Origin: a virus
Lineage: Duplodnaviria > Caudoviricetes
Length of the DNA stretch: 64,000 bases
Virus record (IMG/VR): IMGVR_UViG_3300032225_001145
Location: 60,972-124,971 of that record
Strand: one strand, 5' to 3'
Each line of letters opens with the position of its first letter. The stretch's first letter is position 1. Below the pieces are notes generated by a model. That model made no database searches. It was not told the DNA's origin and saw only the letters and a list, made by a program, of their open reading frames with translations. Shown in pieces: positions 1 to 8,086 of this stretch. A program made the translations under genes and the position numbers.

Positions 1-261
1 GTTCCACGATTAGTTCAATCTAAATACGACCCAACTAATACAGTAGGTCGGACTTCAGAAGCGGCTGCCAAAGTCGTTGGACGCTACGAATTAATCGCAA
101 TAGGTGCTGCTCGCATCCGTGAATTGCGTTCAGGTCACGCTAGACGAGTTAAATCATCTTACGGTGATTTGGTTACAGTACTTCTAGAAATTGAAGCTGG
201 CGAAATTGATGCTGGCGAATATTTGTTAAAGTCTACAGCACCACTAAAGAAATATAAGTAA
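1..261 (+). CDS. rpoZ: RNA polymerase omega subunit (RpoZ)-like protein, 5' end outside window
   Basis: Not in the ORF track. Frame 1 is open from base 1 to TAA at 259-261: ...GRTSEAAAKVVGRYELIAIGAARIRELRSGHARRVKSSYGDLVTVLLEIEAGEIDAGEYLLK. This follows the RpoZ pattern (NRFDLVLVAARRARQ...KTTVIALREIEEG). Confidence 0.7.
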   Translation, partial: VPRLVQSKYDPTNTVGRTSEAAAKVVGRYELIAIGAARIRELRSGHARRVKSSYGDLVTVLLEIEAGEIDAGEYLLKSTAPLKKYK

Positions 262-273
262 GTCAAGAAGTTA

Positions 274-366
274 GGAGAGCTGGCCGAGCGGTCGAAGGCA
301 CCCGCCTACTAAGCGGGCATGGACCTAAACAGTCCATCTGGGGTTCGAATCCCTAGCTCTCCGCCA
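274..366 (+). tRNA. tRNA-Ser, anticodon ACT (308-310)
   Basis: Acceptor GGAGAGC/GCTCTCC, G discriminator and encoded CCA. Anticodon arm CCCGC-CTACTAA-GCGGG, long variable arm ATGGAC/GTCCAT, T loop TTCGAAT. Confidence 0.93.
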
Positions 367-423
367 AGAATTTTTGCCTAGTATATGACTATTAATAAGT
401 AAAATTATAACAAAGGAATACAC

Positions 424-663
424 ATGGCAACTAAAGGTGGCAATCAAAAAACTCGCAAAGCAGATCCGATGCGTACTAAGAATGGCAAAGAGCGTTTGGG
501 TCCGTTAAACATTACTCAATTAGAAAAATTATTATCTAATGCCCGAAAAAAACATATCGCTAAAATTCATCGTAGAATTAATGTATTGAAAAGTCGACCA
601 GGATTCGTCAAAGCAGTAGAAGTATCTGCAGCAGAAGCCGCAGTGGTGGAGTCGTTGCTGTAA
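424..663 (+). CDS. small basic hypothetical protein
   Basis: 79-aa ORF with AAGGA RBS; K/R-rich. Confidence 0.75.
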   Translation: MATKGGNQKTRKADPMRTKNGKERLGPLNITQLEKLLSNARKKHIAKIHRRINVLKSRPGFVKAVEVSAAEAAVVESLL

Positions 664-677
664 AGTAGTAAACCTGT

Positions 678-750
678 GCCCTTATAGCTCAGTTGGTAGA
701 GCACCGGTTTTGTAAACCGGTTGTCCCGTGTTCGAATCATGGTGGGGGCA
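678..750 (+). tRNA. tRNA-Thr(TGT)
   Basis: Acceptor GCCCTTA/TGGGGGC, D stem GCTC/GAGC, anticodon arm CCGGT-TTTGTAA-ACCGG, TTCGAAT. Followed by TACCA rather than an immediate CCA. Confidence 0.92.
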
Positions 751-762
751 TACCAGTATTAT

Positions 763-838
763 TCCGGTCAAGCAAACACGGTGTAGGCGGAGGACTGTTA
801 ATCCTTGAAGCCTGGTTCGATTCCAGGGACCGGAGCCA
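763..838 (+). tRNA. tRNA-Asn(GTT)
   Basis: Acceptor TCCGGTC/GACCGGA plus G-CCA; anticodon arm GAGGA-CTGTTAA-TCCTT; T arm CCTGG-TTCGATT-CCAGG; weak D stem. Confidence 0.88.
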
Positions 839-856
839 AAAAAAGAGGAAAGAAAA

Positions 857-1024
857 ATGTCAAAATTATCAGAAACATTAGCAAAAGCATTAGCTAAGAA
901 GCAAGGTAAGACTCATGTGGACGGCAGTGATGCTGGTTCTACAGTAGAAAAGAAAGTTAAAGTAAAACCGTCAGCCGGTCCGGCTAAAAAGCCGCCGACC
1001 CGTAGTGCTGGTCGCGGTCGCTAA
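857..1024 (+). CDS. 55-aa basic hypothetical protein (MSKLSETLAKALAKKQGK...RSAGRGR)
   Basis: Translated by hand; GAGG RBS upstream; fills the gap between tRNA-Asn and the convergent ORF. Confidence 0.65.
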   Translation: MSKLSETLAKALAKKQGKTHVDGSDAGSTVEKKVKVKPSAGPAKKPPTRSAGRGR

Positions 1025-1624
1025 TTATAATCCAAATAATGCTTTTTTAGCATCATCGAAATAAAAATTTGCTACATCGTTTACTCGGAGAGTTAATACC
1101 ATCCTTCGGTTAATAGATTGGCTATTGTCAAAATCATGCCAGATATCAGTATTGAATAATATGCACTCGTTAGGTTTTGCTGTCATGGATTTAAGGGGTA
1201 TGTGTTTACTTTTGTCAAAACCCTTAGCTTCTCTAGACAACGGCCATTGCCAATCTAATCCCTCGAGCGGATATTTAGACAACTCATCGTCACTATACCA
1301 GCTAGTCACACAAGTATCGTCTAAAATTTCTACTGTATAATTTAGGCTTATCCTAGTATGCACTCCATCTTTATGTGCCCGATAATATCTACCTCCCTTA
1401 GTGACAAACATGGATGCTCTATCCTGGTTTAAATCTAGACTCTGTGACAATGGCGTAGTAGCTAATATTTCTTGTCGGATTTCTTCTGGAAACTTATAAT
1501 GCTTAAATGTTTGTTCAAATTCTACTCCTTCCATACCTTTTTTACAGATATCGATAATCTTGTCAAGGCCATCGTGAGTGAATCTAATATAGTAAGGGCT
1601 ACAATCTTCAATTATGGTGTACAT
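1025..1624 (-). CDS. cupin/2OG-Fe(II) oxygenase-like protein; paralog of 11515-12129
   Basis: HKD...H facial triad and distal LTLR. Start moved to MYTIIED (1624) because the paralog starts there and TAAATA lies 5 nt upstream. Confidence 0.65.
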   Translation of the reverse strand: MYTIIEDCSPYYIRFTHDGLDKIIDICKKGMEGVEFEQTFKHYKFPEEIRQEILATTPLSQSLDLNQDRASMFVTKGGRYYRAHKDGVHTRISLNYTVEILDDTCVTSWYSDDELSKYPLEGLDWQWPLSREAKGFDKSKHIPLKSMTAKPNECILFNTDIWHDFDNSQSINRRMVLTLRVNDVANFYFDDAKKALFGL

Positions 1625-1643
1625 CCAAATATTTAGTGTTTGA

Positions 1644-1672
1644 TTGACGAGCAATTGATATTCAGTTATACT
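1644..1672 (+). promoter_or_regulatory. sigma70-type promoter
   Basis: TTGACG-17-TATACT, ATG 6 nt downstream at 1679. Confidence 0.7.
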
Positions 1673-1678
1673 TGCAGT

Positions 1679-1858
1679 ATGATTAAATTAGAAGAAGCCT
1701 GTGAAGTCATTTATCTTTTTGCGGATGCTAACCAAACTGATCCGCTTACGGGTATTGAGCTTATGGTCAAGTATTTTAAGAAATTGAGCCAAAAAGAACG
1801 GCAATCTTTGGTGGTTTTTATGGATGCAACTAAGGTAGTTGACAAAGAATTAATTTAA
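1679..1858 (+). CDS. hypothetical protein
   Basis: Track ORF 1640-1858; ATG 1679 sits at the predicted transcription start. Confidence 0.6.
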   Translation: MIKLEEACEVIYLFADANQTDPLTGIELMVKYFKKLSQKERQSLVVFMDATKVVDKELI

Positions 1859-1867
1859 TCGTATAAT
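1839..1867 (+). promoter_or_regulatory. consensus sigma70 early promoter
   Basis: TTGACA-17-TATAAT exact consensus upstream of the AAA ATPase. Confidence 0.85.
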
Positions 1868-1921
1868 AGCACTTATAGTAGTATTTTTATTGTAGTTTAA
1901 CTTTAAAAGGAAACACAGCCC

Positions 1922-3007
1922 ATGTCAGAAACAAGACAAGTCACCACCGTACAAGCCAAACGTAGTTTGCTCAAGGCTTTTAATCACAAGCGTCCGTTAT
2001 TTTTATGGGGCCCTCCAGGTATTGGTAAATCAGAATTGGTAGCCGACATTGCTGAAGAATTAGGCGGCTATATGATTGACCTTCGATTAGGTCAGATGGA
2101 ACCCACAGACATTCGTGGTATTCCGTTTTATAATAAAGAAGTTGGCAAAATGGATTGGGCTGAACCAATCGATTTGCCAGACGAAGAACTAGCTAGCCAG
2201 TATCCAATCGTAGTATTGTTTATGGATGAAATGAATTCTGCGGCGCCTAGTGTTCAAGCTGCGGCTTATCAGCTTATTTTGAATCGTCGTATTGGCAAGT
2301 ATAAACTGCCAGACAATGTTGTAATGGTTGCCGCTGGTAATCGTGAGTCGGACAAAGGTGTTACATATCGTATGCCTACTCCACTGGCCAATCGTTTCAT
2401 TCACCAAGAGATGAAGGTAGACTTTGCTTCTTGGCAGGATTGGGCAGTTACTCATAATATCCATAAAGATATTATTGGTTACTTAGGCTCTAATAAACAG
2501 GACTTATACGACTTTGATCCAAAGAGTTCTAGTCGTGCGTTTGCTACTCCTCGTAGTTGGTCTTTTGTAAGCGAAATTTTGTCAGACGATGATGGTGACG
2601 AAGAAACAATTACCAATTTAATCTCTGGTACTATCGGCGAAGGACTGGCTATTAAGTTTAATGGTCACCGTAAAATTTCAGGTCGTATGCCTAAACCAGA
2701 AGATATTTTGTCTGGTAAAGTAACTACCCTGGATGTCAAAGAAGTGTCAGCTATGTATTCTTTGGTTATTAGTATGTGCTATGAACTCAAAGATGCTGTG
2801 GAGAAAAAAGTATCTGACAAAGACTTCCACACTATGTCAGATTACTTCTTTGCTTATATGATGAAGAACTTTGAAACTGAGTTAGTGGTCATGGGTGCTC
2901 GTATTGCGTTAACCGTGTACAATCTTCCATTCCAACCAACTAAGTTGAAGAACTTTGATGAGTTCCATAAGAAGTACGGCAAGTATATTCTGTCAGCTTC
3001 GGCGTAA
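1922..3007 (+). CDS. MoxR/dynein-related AAA+ ATPase (AAA_5-like)
   Basis: Walker A GPPGIGKS, Walker B LFMDE, sensor AAGN, LANRF arginine finger, TPRSW. Confidence 0.9.
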   Translation: MSETRQVTTVQAKRSLLKAFNHKRPLFLWGPPGIGKSELVADIAEELGGYMIDLRLGQMEPTDIRGIPFYNKEVGKMDWAEPIDLPDEELASQYPIVVLFMDEMNSAAPSVQAAAYQLILNRRIGKYKLPDNVVMVAAGNRESDKGVTYRMPTPLANRFIHQEMKVDFASWQDWAVTHNIHKDIIGYLGSNKQDLYDFDPKSSSRAFATPRSWSFVSEILSDDDGDEETITNLISGTIGEGLAIKFNGHRKISGRMPKPEDILSGKVTTLDVKEVSAMYSLVISMCYELKDAVEKKVSDKDFHTMSDYFFAYMMKNFETELVVMGARIALTVYNLPFQPTKLKNFDEFHKKYGKYILSASA

Positions 3008-3015
3008 TAGCTAAC

Positions 3016-3066
3016 AGGAGGGTGGTGTAGTAGTTGTACACAGGGCTGTGTTCGCACCGCCCTCCT
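3016..3066 (+). other. GC-rich stem-loop with large internal loop (terminator or small RNA element)
   Basis: AGGAGGGTGGTG (3016-3027) pairs with CACCGCCCTCCT (3055-3066); apical ACACA/TGTGT stem; short T run follows. Confidence 0.6.
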
Positions 3067-3080
3067 ACCTTTTATAACTT

Positions 3081-3833
3081 ATGACTATACCTAATATTAT
3101 TGTAAAATCTGTACATGGACCAATGATTGTTAATGAAAACGATCAATACATTGGTCAGTCTATACGACAGCTAGGAGCATGGGCACAAGACGATATCGAT
3201 TTGATTGCCAGTTTTTGTGATATCATATTAGACAATAAACCTAAGATGGTATTATATGATGTTGGTGCTAACATTGGTACCCATAGTATAGCGTTGGCTA
3301 AGAAGTATGGCAATTGCATCTCCGTTAGATCTTTTGAGGCGCAAAGACAAATATATTATATGCTATGCGGTAATGTTGCCATTAATGGACTAGACAACGT
3401 TATATGTGAGTATCTCGCTGTAAGTGATAGGCCAGATGAAACTATCGACATAGCATTGCCCGATTATAATACCGTTAATAACTTCGGTGGAGTAGAATTA
3501 ATCAAGATTGAGCATAGTGATAATCAAAATATGATTAAACCCAATACCGAATCCGTAGTAACCTGTACTCTAGACAGCTTTGACGAAGCTGTTGATTTTA
3601 TTAAGATAGATGTAGAAGGTATGGAGCATTTGGCATTGGAAGGTGCTAGGCAAATATTAGCCGAACATAGACCTGTTTGTTTTGTGGAGATAATGAAAAC
3701 AGATCAAAATCGTGTTAAACAAATATTTAAAGAATTAAATTATATTGCCTATGCTTATAAACAAGATGATTGGATCTTTTGCCCAGCGGAGAGCGATTTT
3801 GAATTGAATGGAGTCGATACCGTTGATTTATGA
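3081..3833 (+). CDS. FkbM-family SAM methyltransferase
   Basis: YDVGANIGTHS, FEAQ, FIKIDVEGME motifs. Confidence 0.9.
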   Translation: MTIPNIIVKSVHGPMIVNENDQYIGQSIRQLGAWAQDDIDLIASFCDIILDNKPKMVLYDVGANIGTHSIALAKKYGNCISVRSFEAQRQIYYMLCGNVAINGLDNVICEYLAVSDRPDETIDIALPDYNTVNNFGGVELIKIEHSDNQNMIKPNTESVVTCTLDSFDEAVDFIKIDVEGMEHLALEGARQILAEHRPVCFVEIMKTDQNRVKQIFKELNYIAYAYKQDDWIFCPAESDFELNGVDTVDL

Positions 3834-4068
3834 TTTGAATCCTATTAACAATGAGCATTTTAAATATAATATTAAAATACCCATGATGCTTGATTTTCAT
3901 CGGGTAAGACAATGGTTGTCTCTCACTTACGGTTATAGCGATGAATATGACGACCATCCTTCCAACAAGCATTGGGCATTTATAATTAGGTTAAGTAACA
4001 ATGTAGTATATTTAAAAGGCGAAGAAGAAGTTGCTTGGTTCAAAATTAAGTACGGTGAGACATTATGA
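3808..4068 (+). CDS. small hypothetical protein (F-x-L-K-W tail family)
   Basis: C-terminus VYLKGEEEVAWFKIKYG; overlaps the next gene by ATGA. Confidence 0.65.
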   Translation: MESIPLIYDLNPINNEHFKYNIKIPMMLDFHRVRQWLSLTYGYSDEYDDHPSNKHWAFIIRLSNNVVYLKGEEEVAWFKIKYGETL

Positions 4069-4337
4069 ATTACTACTACGAAGTTCCCGAAGGTACCAGT
4101 GTACTTGGACGGCCGGGTGGCGGTTACTATTACCAAGCTCATTGTAGTCCAGCGCAAGGTGGCAGTCTAAATCATCTTGTACATAATCAGGCAGTAAATG
4201 CTAGCACCCGGGTATGGTTGGAAAATGCTAATGGAGTTACGCTGGTCAAAACACTACCCAATGATACTAGTTGGGGGCAGATTGACGAAAGAGAATTTGT
4301 CATGATAAAACTTAGAGCTAGGAATTTAGTAGGATGA
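4065..4337 (+). CDS. small hypothetical protein
   Basis: ATGA-coupled ORF; C-terminus IDEREFVMIKLRA. Confidence 0.7.
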   Translation: MNYYYEVPEGTSVLGRPGGGYYYQAHCSPAQGGSLNHLVHNQAVNASTRVWLENANGVTLVKTLPNDTSWGQIDEREFVMIKLRARNLVG

Positions 4338-4579
4338 TTTGTCGGCCTGGAACTCCAGCTCAATTAAAGACTAATAGATTTCAATTAACTATTAGCCCTA
4401 TGAGTGGATCACCAGGATTAATGGTCTTGGATCATATGTACTGGATAGAAAACGAACGAGAAATACTTAATTGGATGAACGAAGCATTACCGCGAGGTAT
4501 TGACCATATTGAAGGAATGACTATACGATTTGATAATGATTTTGATCGTATTAACTTTTTAATGAAGTGGGGGCCATGA
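4334..4579 (+). CDS. small hypothetical protein (F-x-L-K-W tail family)
   Basis: C-terminus IRFDNDFDRINFLMKWG; ATGA coupling. Confidence 0.7.
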   Translation: MICRPGTPAQLKTNRFQLTISPMSGSPGLMVLDHMYWIENEREILNWMNEALPRGIDHIEGMTIRFDNDFDRINFLMKWGP

Positions 4580-4803
4580 AAACGCAACACGATTACTGGA
4601 AGGAAGATGATGTGCGTATTTGGCAGGAAATAAATCATAGTAAATGGCGTGTGTGGTTCGCTTGGCATCCAGTGAAAGTAAACGATGTGTGGGTTTGGGG
4701 TAAAATAGTTTATCGTAAACCTGTTCTCAAAACTTATGCCGCAATAGACGATTGGGCTGGCTACGAGTACGGAACTATATTAGATGTATTAAAGGAAAAA
4801 TAA
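4576..4803 (+). CDS. small Trp-rich hypothetical protein
   Basis: WRVWFAWHPVK motif; ATGA overlap places the start at 4576. Confidence 0.7.
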   Translation: MKTQHDYWKEDDVRIWQEINHSKWRVWFAWHPVKVNDVWVWGKIVYRKPVLKTYAAIDDWAGYEYGTILDVLKEK

Positions 4804-5189
4804 TGGAAAGAGACTTACAAGAAGATATGAAAAATTCTTCTTGGTTCATGGAAAAGATTAAAGAAGATCGCTATGCCCAAAATATCTATGCCGCATTGTG
4901 TAATATGCGCTGGCAGCCGCAAGATGTTTGGCCTGTACTTAAAGATGAGTACTGGACTTGTTCTTGGCGTAGTGCTGGCGGTGTTGTAGCTGAATTACAA
5001 GGACACGGTGACTATTTAAATTGGTATTGCTCAGGTATGGGCGGGCTGGCTACATATAACGGGGAAGAAGGCGAACAAACTATGTTGGCCAAGAAACATG
5101 TTCCCGAAGGTACTGTTACAGATGAAGTGGCCGAAGACTTATTAAAATTAGGATGGGCGGCAAGCCCTTGGCCTGATGACAAACAATAA
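4803..5189 (+). CDS. hypothetical phage protein
   Basis: AAGGA RBS and TAATG overlap place the start at 4803; motifs YAQNIYAALCN, CSWRSAGG, WYCSG. Confidence 0.75.
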   Translation: MERDLQEDMKNSSWFMEKIKEDRYAQNIYAALCNMRWQPQDVWPVLKDEYWTCSWRSAGGVVAELQGHGDYLNWYCSGMGGLATYNGEEGEQTMLAKKHVPEGTVTDEVAEDLLKLGWAASPWPDDKQ

Positions 5190-5439
5190 CCTTTATGCTA
5201 ATACAGCCGCAAGATTAAATACTATCATAGGGGATAGTAAAACTATTTGGCTACAAATTATATCTGCTAAAAGAGAGTTTGATACTACAACCCATCCACA
5301 GGCTGAGTTTTATTCTTGGCTCGATCAAAACTACGGGGTTAAATTAAAATTAACACCCAATGGTGAAATGAGTTTGGAAAATGATATTACCGATGAGCAA
5401 AAATATCTTCTTTTTATGTTAAAGCATAGTAGCAAATGA
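5176..5439 (+). CDS. small hypothetical protein (F-x-L-K tail family)
   Basis: C-terminus ITDEQKYLLFMLKHS. Confidence 0.7.
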   Translation: MTNNNLYANTAARLNTIIGDSKTIWLQIISAKREFDTTTHPQAEFYSWLDQNYGVKLKLTPNGEMSLENDITDEQKYLLFMLKHSSK

Positions 5440-5669
5440 GATTTAACAAAAAATATAGCCAGCCAATGTTAGATAACTTAGTACAAACCCGTGGGTGGGG
5501 TAAAGTTAAATATAGGCCCGCTAGGTTTGAATATGCTGGGGAGAATCGTAGTCCAGAAGTTGAATGGACCGAAGAACATTGTAAAAAAGATGTACAGTAC
5601 AGAGATGGGTGTTTTTATTTTGCAGATCCTGCCGAAGCCACAGCGTTTGCATTGGTGTGGATCAAATGA
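5436..5669 (+). CDS. small hypothetical protein (F-x-L-x-W tail family)
   Basis: C-terminus FYFADPAEATAFALVW; ATGA coupling. Confidence 0.7.
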   Translation: MRFNKKYSQPMLDNLVQTRGWGKVKYRPARFEYAGENRSPEVEWTEEHCKKDVQYRDGCFYFADPAEATAFALVWIK

Positions 5670-5887
5670 GTCTTAAACCCGGACACTGGAATACTAACTA
5701 TCCGTCGGGAAAATGGGAACATAGTATCCCAAAAGAATTTGCTGACTTAGATGAAATTTTATCTTGGTGTCGCCGTGAATTTATCGACCATGCTACTTGT
5801 ATGCGGTATATTGAATACGATGATAGATTTCATTTTATATTTTATGACAATCAAGATTATGTAGCATTTTTGTTGAGGTGGGCATGA
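5666..5887 (+). CDS. small hypothetical protein (F-x-L-R-W tail family)
   Basis: Start moved to ATG 5666 (ATGA overlap); C-terminus FIFYDNQDYVAFLLRWA. Confidence 0.7.
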   Translation: MSLKPGHWNTNYPSGKWEHSIPKEFADLDEILSWCRREFIDHATCMRYIEYDDRFHFIFYDNQDYVAFLLRWA

Positions 5888-5911
5888 CTGTAGAAACGAT
5901 TAAAGGATTAT

Positions 5912-6196
5912 TTGTTGAAGATACAAATTAAACGCAATTTAGTTATTTTCGAAGATCCATACGAATGGACCTTTGTTAGAGATCAAGTCAAAAAAGATTT
6001 TGGAGATCAAATTTTTGCTATTTCTTGGAGGCTCAAACGCGAACTTGGCTTTACTGTTAGGCATCACAAAGCATTAGTTCCGTGGCACGAAGATAGTACT
6101 AGATTCAGCTATGCGGATCAAATACATTTAGATTTCTATAACGAATCTATGTTATCCTGGTTTGTACTTAAATATATAAATGTAGAGCAAAATTAA
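5912..6196 (+). CDS. small hypothetical protein (F-x-L-K-Y tail family)
   Basis: AAGGA RBS and TTG start; C-terminus LDFYNESMLSWFVLKY. Confidence 0.7.
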   Translation: MLKIQIKRNLVIFEDPYEWTFVRDQVKKDFGDQIFAISWRLKRELGFTVRHHKALVPWHEDSTRFSYADQIHLDFYNESMLSWFVLKYINVEQN

Positions 6197-6223
6197 CCCT
6201 ATTTTTGCCCTGAAATTTGCCAG

Positions 6224-6252
6224 TTGACAAACAATTCATTTAATAGTATAAT
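6224..6252 (+). promoter_or_regulatory. consensus sigma70 early promoter
   Basis: TTGACA-17-TATAAT exact consensus. Confidence 0.85.
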
Positions 6253-6283
6253 AGTAGTATAGTTAATAATAAAGGACACTTAA

Positions 6284-7576
6284 ATGGCTACAGCAAGCAC
6301 TACTAATAATTCCAAAGAAGCTGATAAGTTCAAAGACTTACTAGGCCCTATGGATTCCAAATTGGATGCCCAAGTACGCGAAAAACTTATTACAGCTCGT
6401 GTGGGCTTATTACTCCGTGCTAGTTTTTTTGGTAATTTGGCTACTCGTTTAAAATTGGTTAACGCAGATGAATGGCTTACTACAGCCGCTACAGATGGCC
6501 GTAACTTTTATTATAATAGTCGTTTTATTGATATGCTTCGTCCAAAAGAAATTGAATTCTTATTTGGGCACGAAGTATTACATTGTGTATATGACCACAT
6601 GGGTCGGCGAGGTGATCGTAATCCGCAACTTTGGAATATTGCCGACGACTATTGTGTAAACGGCGATTTGATTAAACATCGTGTCGGAGAAAAAATTACC
6701 ACAGTACCTTGCTTGTATGATCACAAATATGACGGCATGTGTGCAGAAGAAGTCTACGACATTTTATATGAAAATGCCGAAAAAATTGATATCAATTCGT
6801 TGGTTGAAAAACTACTCGACGACCACTTAGAAGGAGAAGGAGAAGGCGAAGGTGGTGACGGAGATGATAATGGTAAATCTGGCGGTAGCGGTAAACCAAA
6901 ATTATCTCAAGCAGAAAAAGATGCTATTCGTGACGAAATTAAAGAAGCGGTACTGGCGGCCGCTGCGGCATCAGATAACGCTGGAAACTTGCCAGCGGGA
7001 GTTAAGCGTCTTATCCAAGACATGACAGCACCCAAAATGAATTGGCGTGAGCTATTGCGTATGCAACTTGAGTCTACTATTAAATCCGATTTTACTTGGA
7101 TGCGAGCAAGTCGCAGGGGCTGGCATATGGATGCGGTAATGCCAGGTATGCAACTTGATCCAATGATTGATATTGCTATTAGTATTGATGCTTCGGGCAG
7201 TATGCTTGATAAAATGCTTAAAGACTTCTTAGCTGAAGTACAAGGCATTATGGATTCTTTCCCAGCATATAGAATCCATATTCTGACTTTTGACACACAA
7301 GTTTATAACCCACAACAATATGATAGCGAAAACTTAGATACCATCTGCGACTACGAAGTACACGGTGGCGGCGGCACAGATTTTGACTGTGTGTTTGATT
7401 ACTTTAAAGAAAATGATATCCAACCTAAGCGTCATATTATGTTTACAGACGGTTATCCAAACGGCAGTTGGGGTGATGAAAACTATTGCGATACAGTATT
7501 CATTATGCATGGCACTACAAGTATTGTTCCCCCATTTGGACAATATGCTTATTACGAAGAAGAGAAAACACACTAA
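6284..7576 (+). CDS. putative metallopeptidase + VWA domain protein (DUF2201-like), likely partner of the AAA ATPase
   Basis: TAATDG, HEVLH zinc motif, Gly/acidic linker, MIDAS DASGS...GGGT...FTDG. Confidence 0.88.
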   Translation: MATASTTNNSKEADKFKDLLGPMDSKLDAQVREKLITARVGLLLRASFFGNLATRLKLVNADEWLTTAATDGRNFYYNSRFIDMLRPKEIEFLFGHEVLHCVYDHMGRRGDRNPQLWNIADDYCVNGDLIKHRVGEKITTVPCLYDHKYDGMCAEEVYDILYENAEKIDINSLVEKLLDDHLEGEGEGEGGDGDDNGKSGGSGKPKLSQAEKDAIRDEIKEAVLAAAAASDNAGNLPAGVKRLIQDMTAPKMNWRELLRMQLESTIKSDFTWMRASRRGWHMDAVMPGMQLDPMIDIAISIDASGSMLDKMLKDFLAEVQGIMDSFPAYRIHILTFDTQVYNPQQYDSENLDTICDYEVHGGGGTDFDCVFDYFKENDIQPKRHIMFTDGYPNGSWGDENYCDTVFIMHGTTSIVPPFGQYAYYEEEKTH

Positions 7577-7585
7577 GGAACAATT

Positions 7586-7747
7586 ATGAATAAATTTAAA
7601 TTATGGTATCTTAACAATCGAACTGAAATCACTTGGTTTTTAATGGGTTGGTTAGTATTAGCTGGAATTCAAGATTTGAGTCACGAAAACTATATTGGTG
7701 CTTTAATTTCATTTGGGTTGGCGTATATTAACTATAAACTCAAATAA
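7586..7747 (+). CDS. 53-aa membrane protein
   Basis: Hand translation MNKFKLWYLNNRTEITWFLMGWLVLAG...GALISFGLAYINYKLK; AAGGA RBS; two hydrophobic segments. Confidence 0.65.
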   Translation: MNKFKLWYLNNRTEITWFLMGWLVLAGIQDLSHENYIGALISFGLAYINYKLK

Positions 7748-7765
7748 ACCCAACCCAATTTTACC

Positions 7766-7797
7766 AAAATGCCCCATAAAAGGGGCATTTTATTTTT
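7766..7797 (+). terminator. rho-independent terminator
   Basis: AAAATGCCCC-ATAAAA-GGGGCATTTT followed by a T-rich run. Confidence 0.8.
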
Positions 7798-7827
7798 AGT
7801 AGTACCTATTCTACATTAAATATCTAT

Positions 7828-8085
7828 ATGGAAAATTCAACTCAAATTACCGTAGCGGATCTTGGCGCCCTTCATGGCATCGTAGATCTTGCGGCTTCCC
7901 GCGGGGCATTCCGTGGTGCCGAATTAACTCAAGTTGGTGCTATCTATGATAAGCTCACAACTTTTCTAAATGATGTAATGGCACAAGCTAAAGCAGCCGC
8001 TGAAGCTAATGCTACTACCGAAACTGGAGAAACAAGTACACCCGATGTCGCTGCGCCAGTTAGCGACACACCACAAGGAGAATAA
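7828..8085 (+). CDS. hypothetical phage protein
   Basis: 85-aa ORF 5 nt after a TAAATA late-promoter motif (7817-7822). Confidence 0.8.
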   Translation: MENSTQITVADLGALHGIVDLAASRGAFRGAELTQVGAIYDKLTTFLNDVMAQAKAAAEANATTETGETSTPDVAAPVSDTPQGE

Positions 8086-8086
8086 C

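Noticed and set aside
693-881. 62-aa ORF in the track
   Set aside because: It overlaps tRNA-Thr and tRNA-Asn, so it is a chance reading frame.
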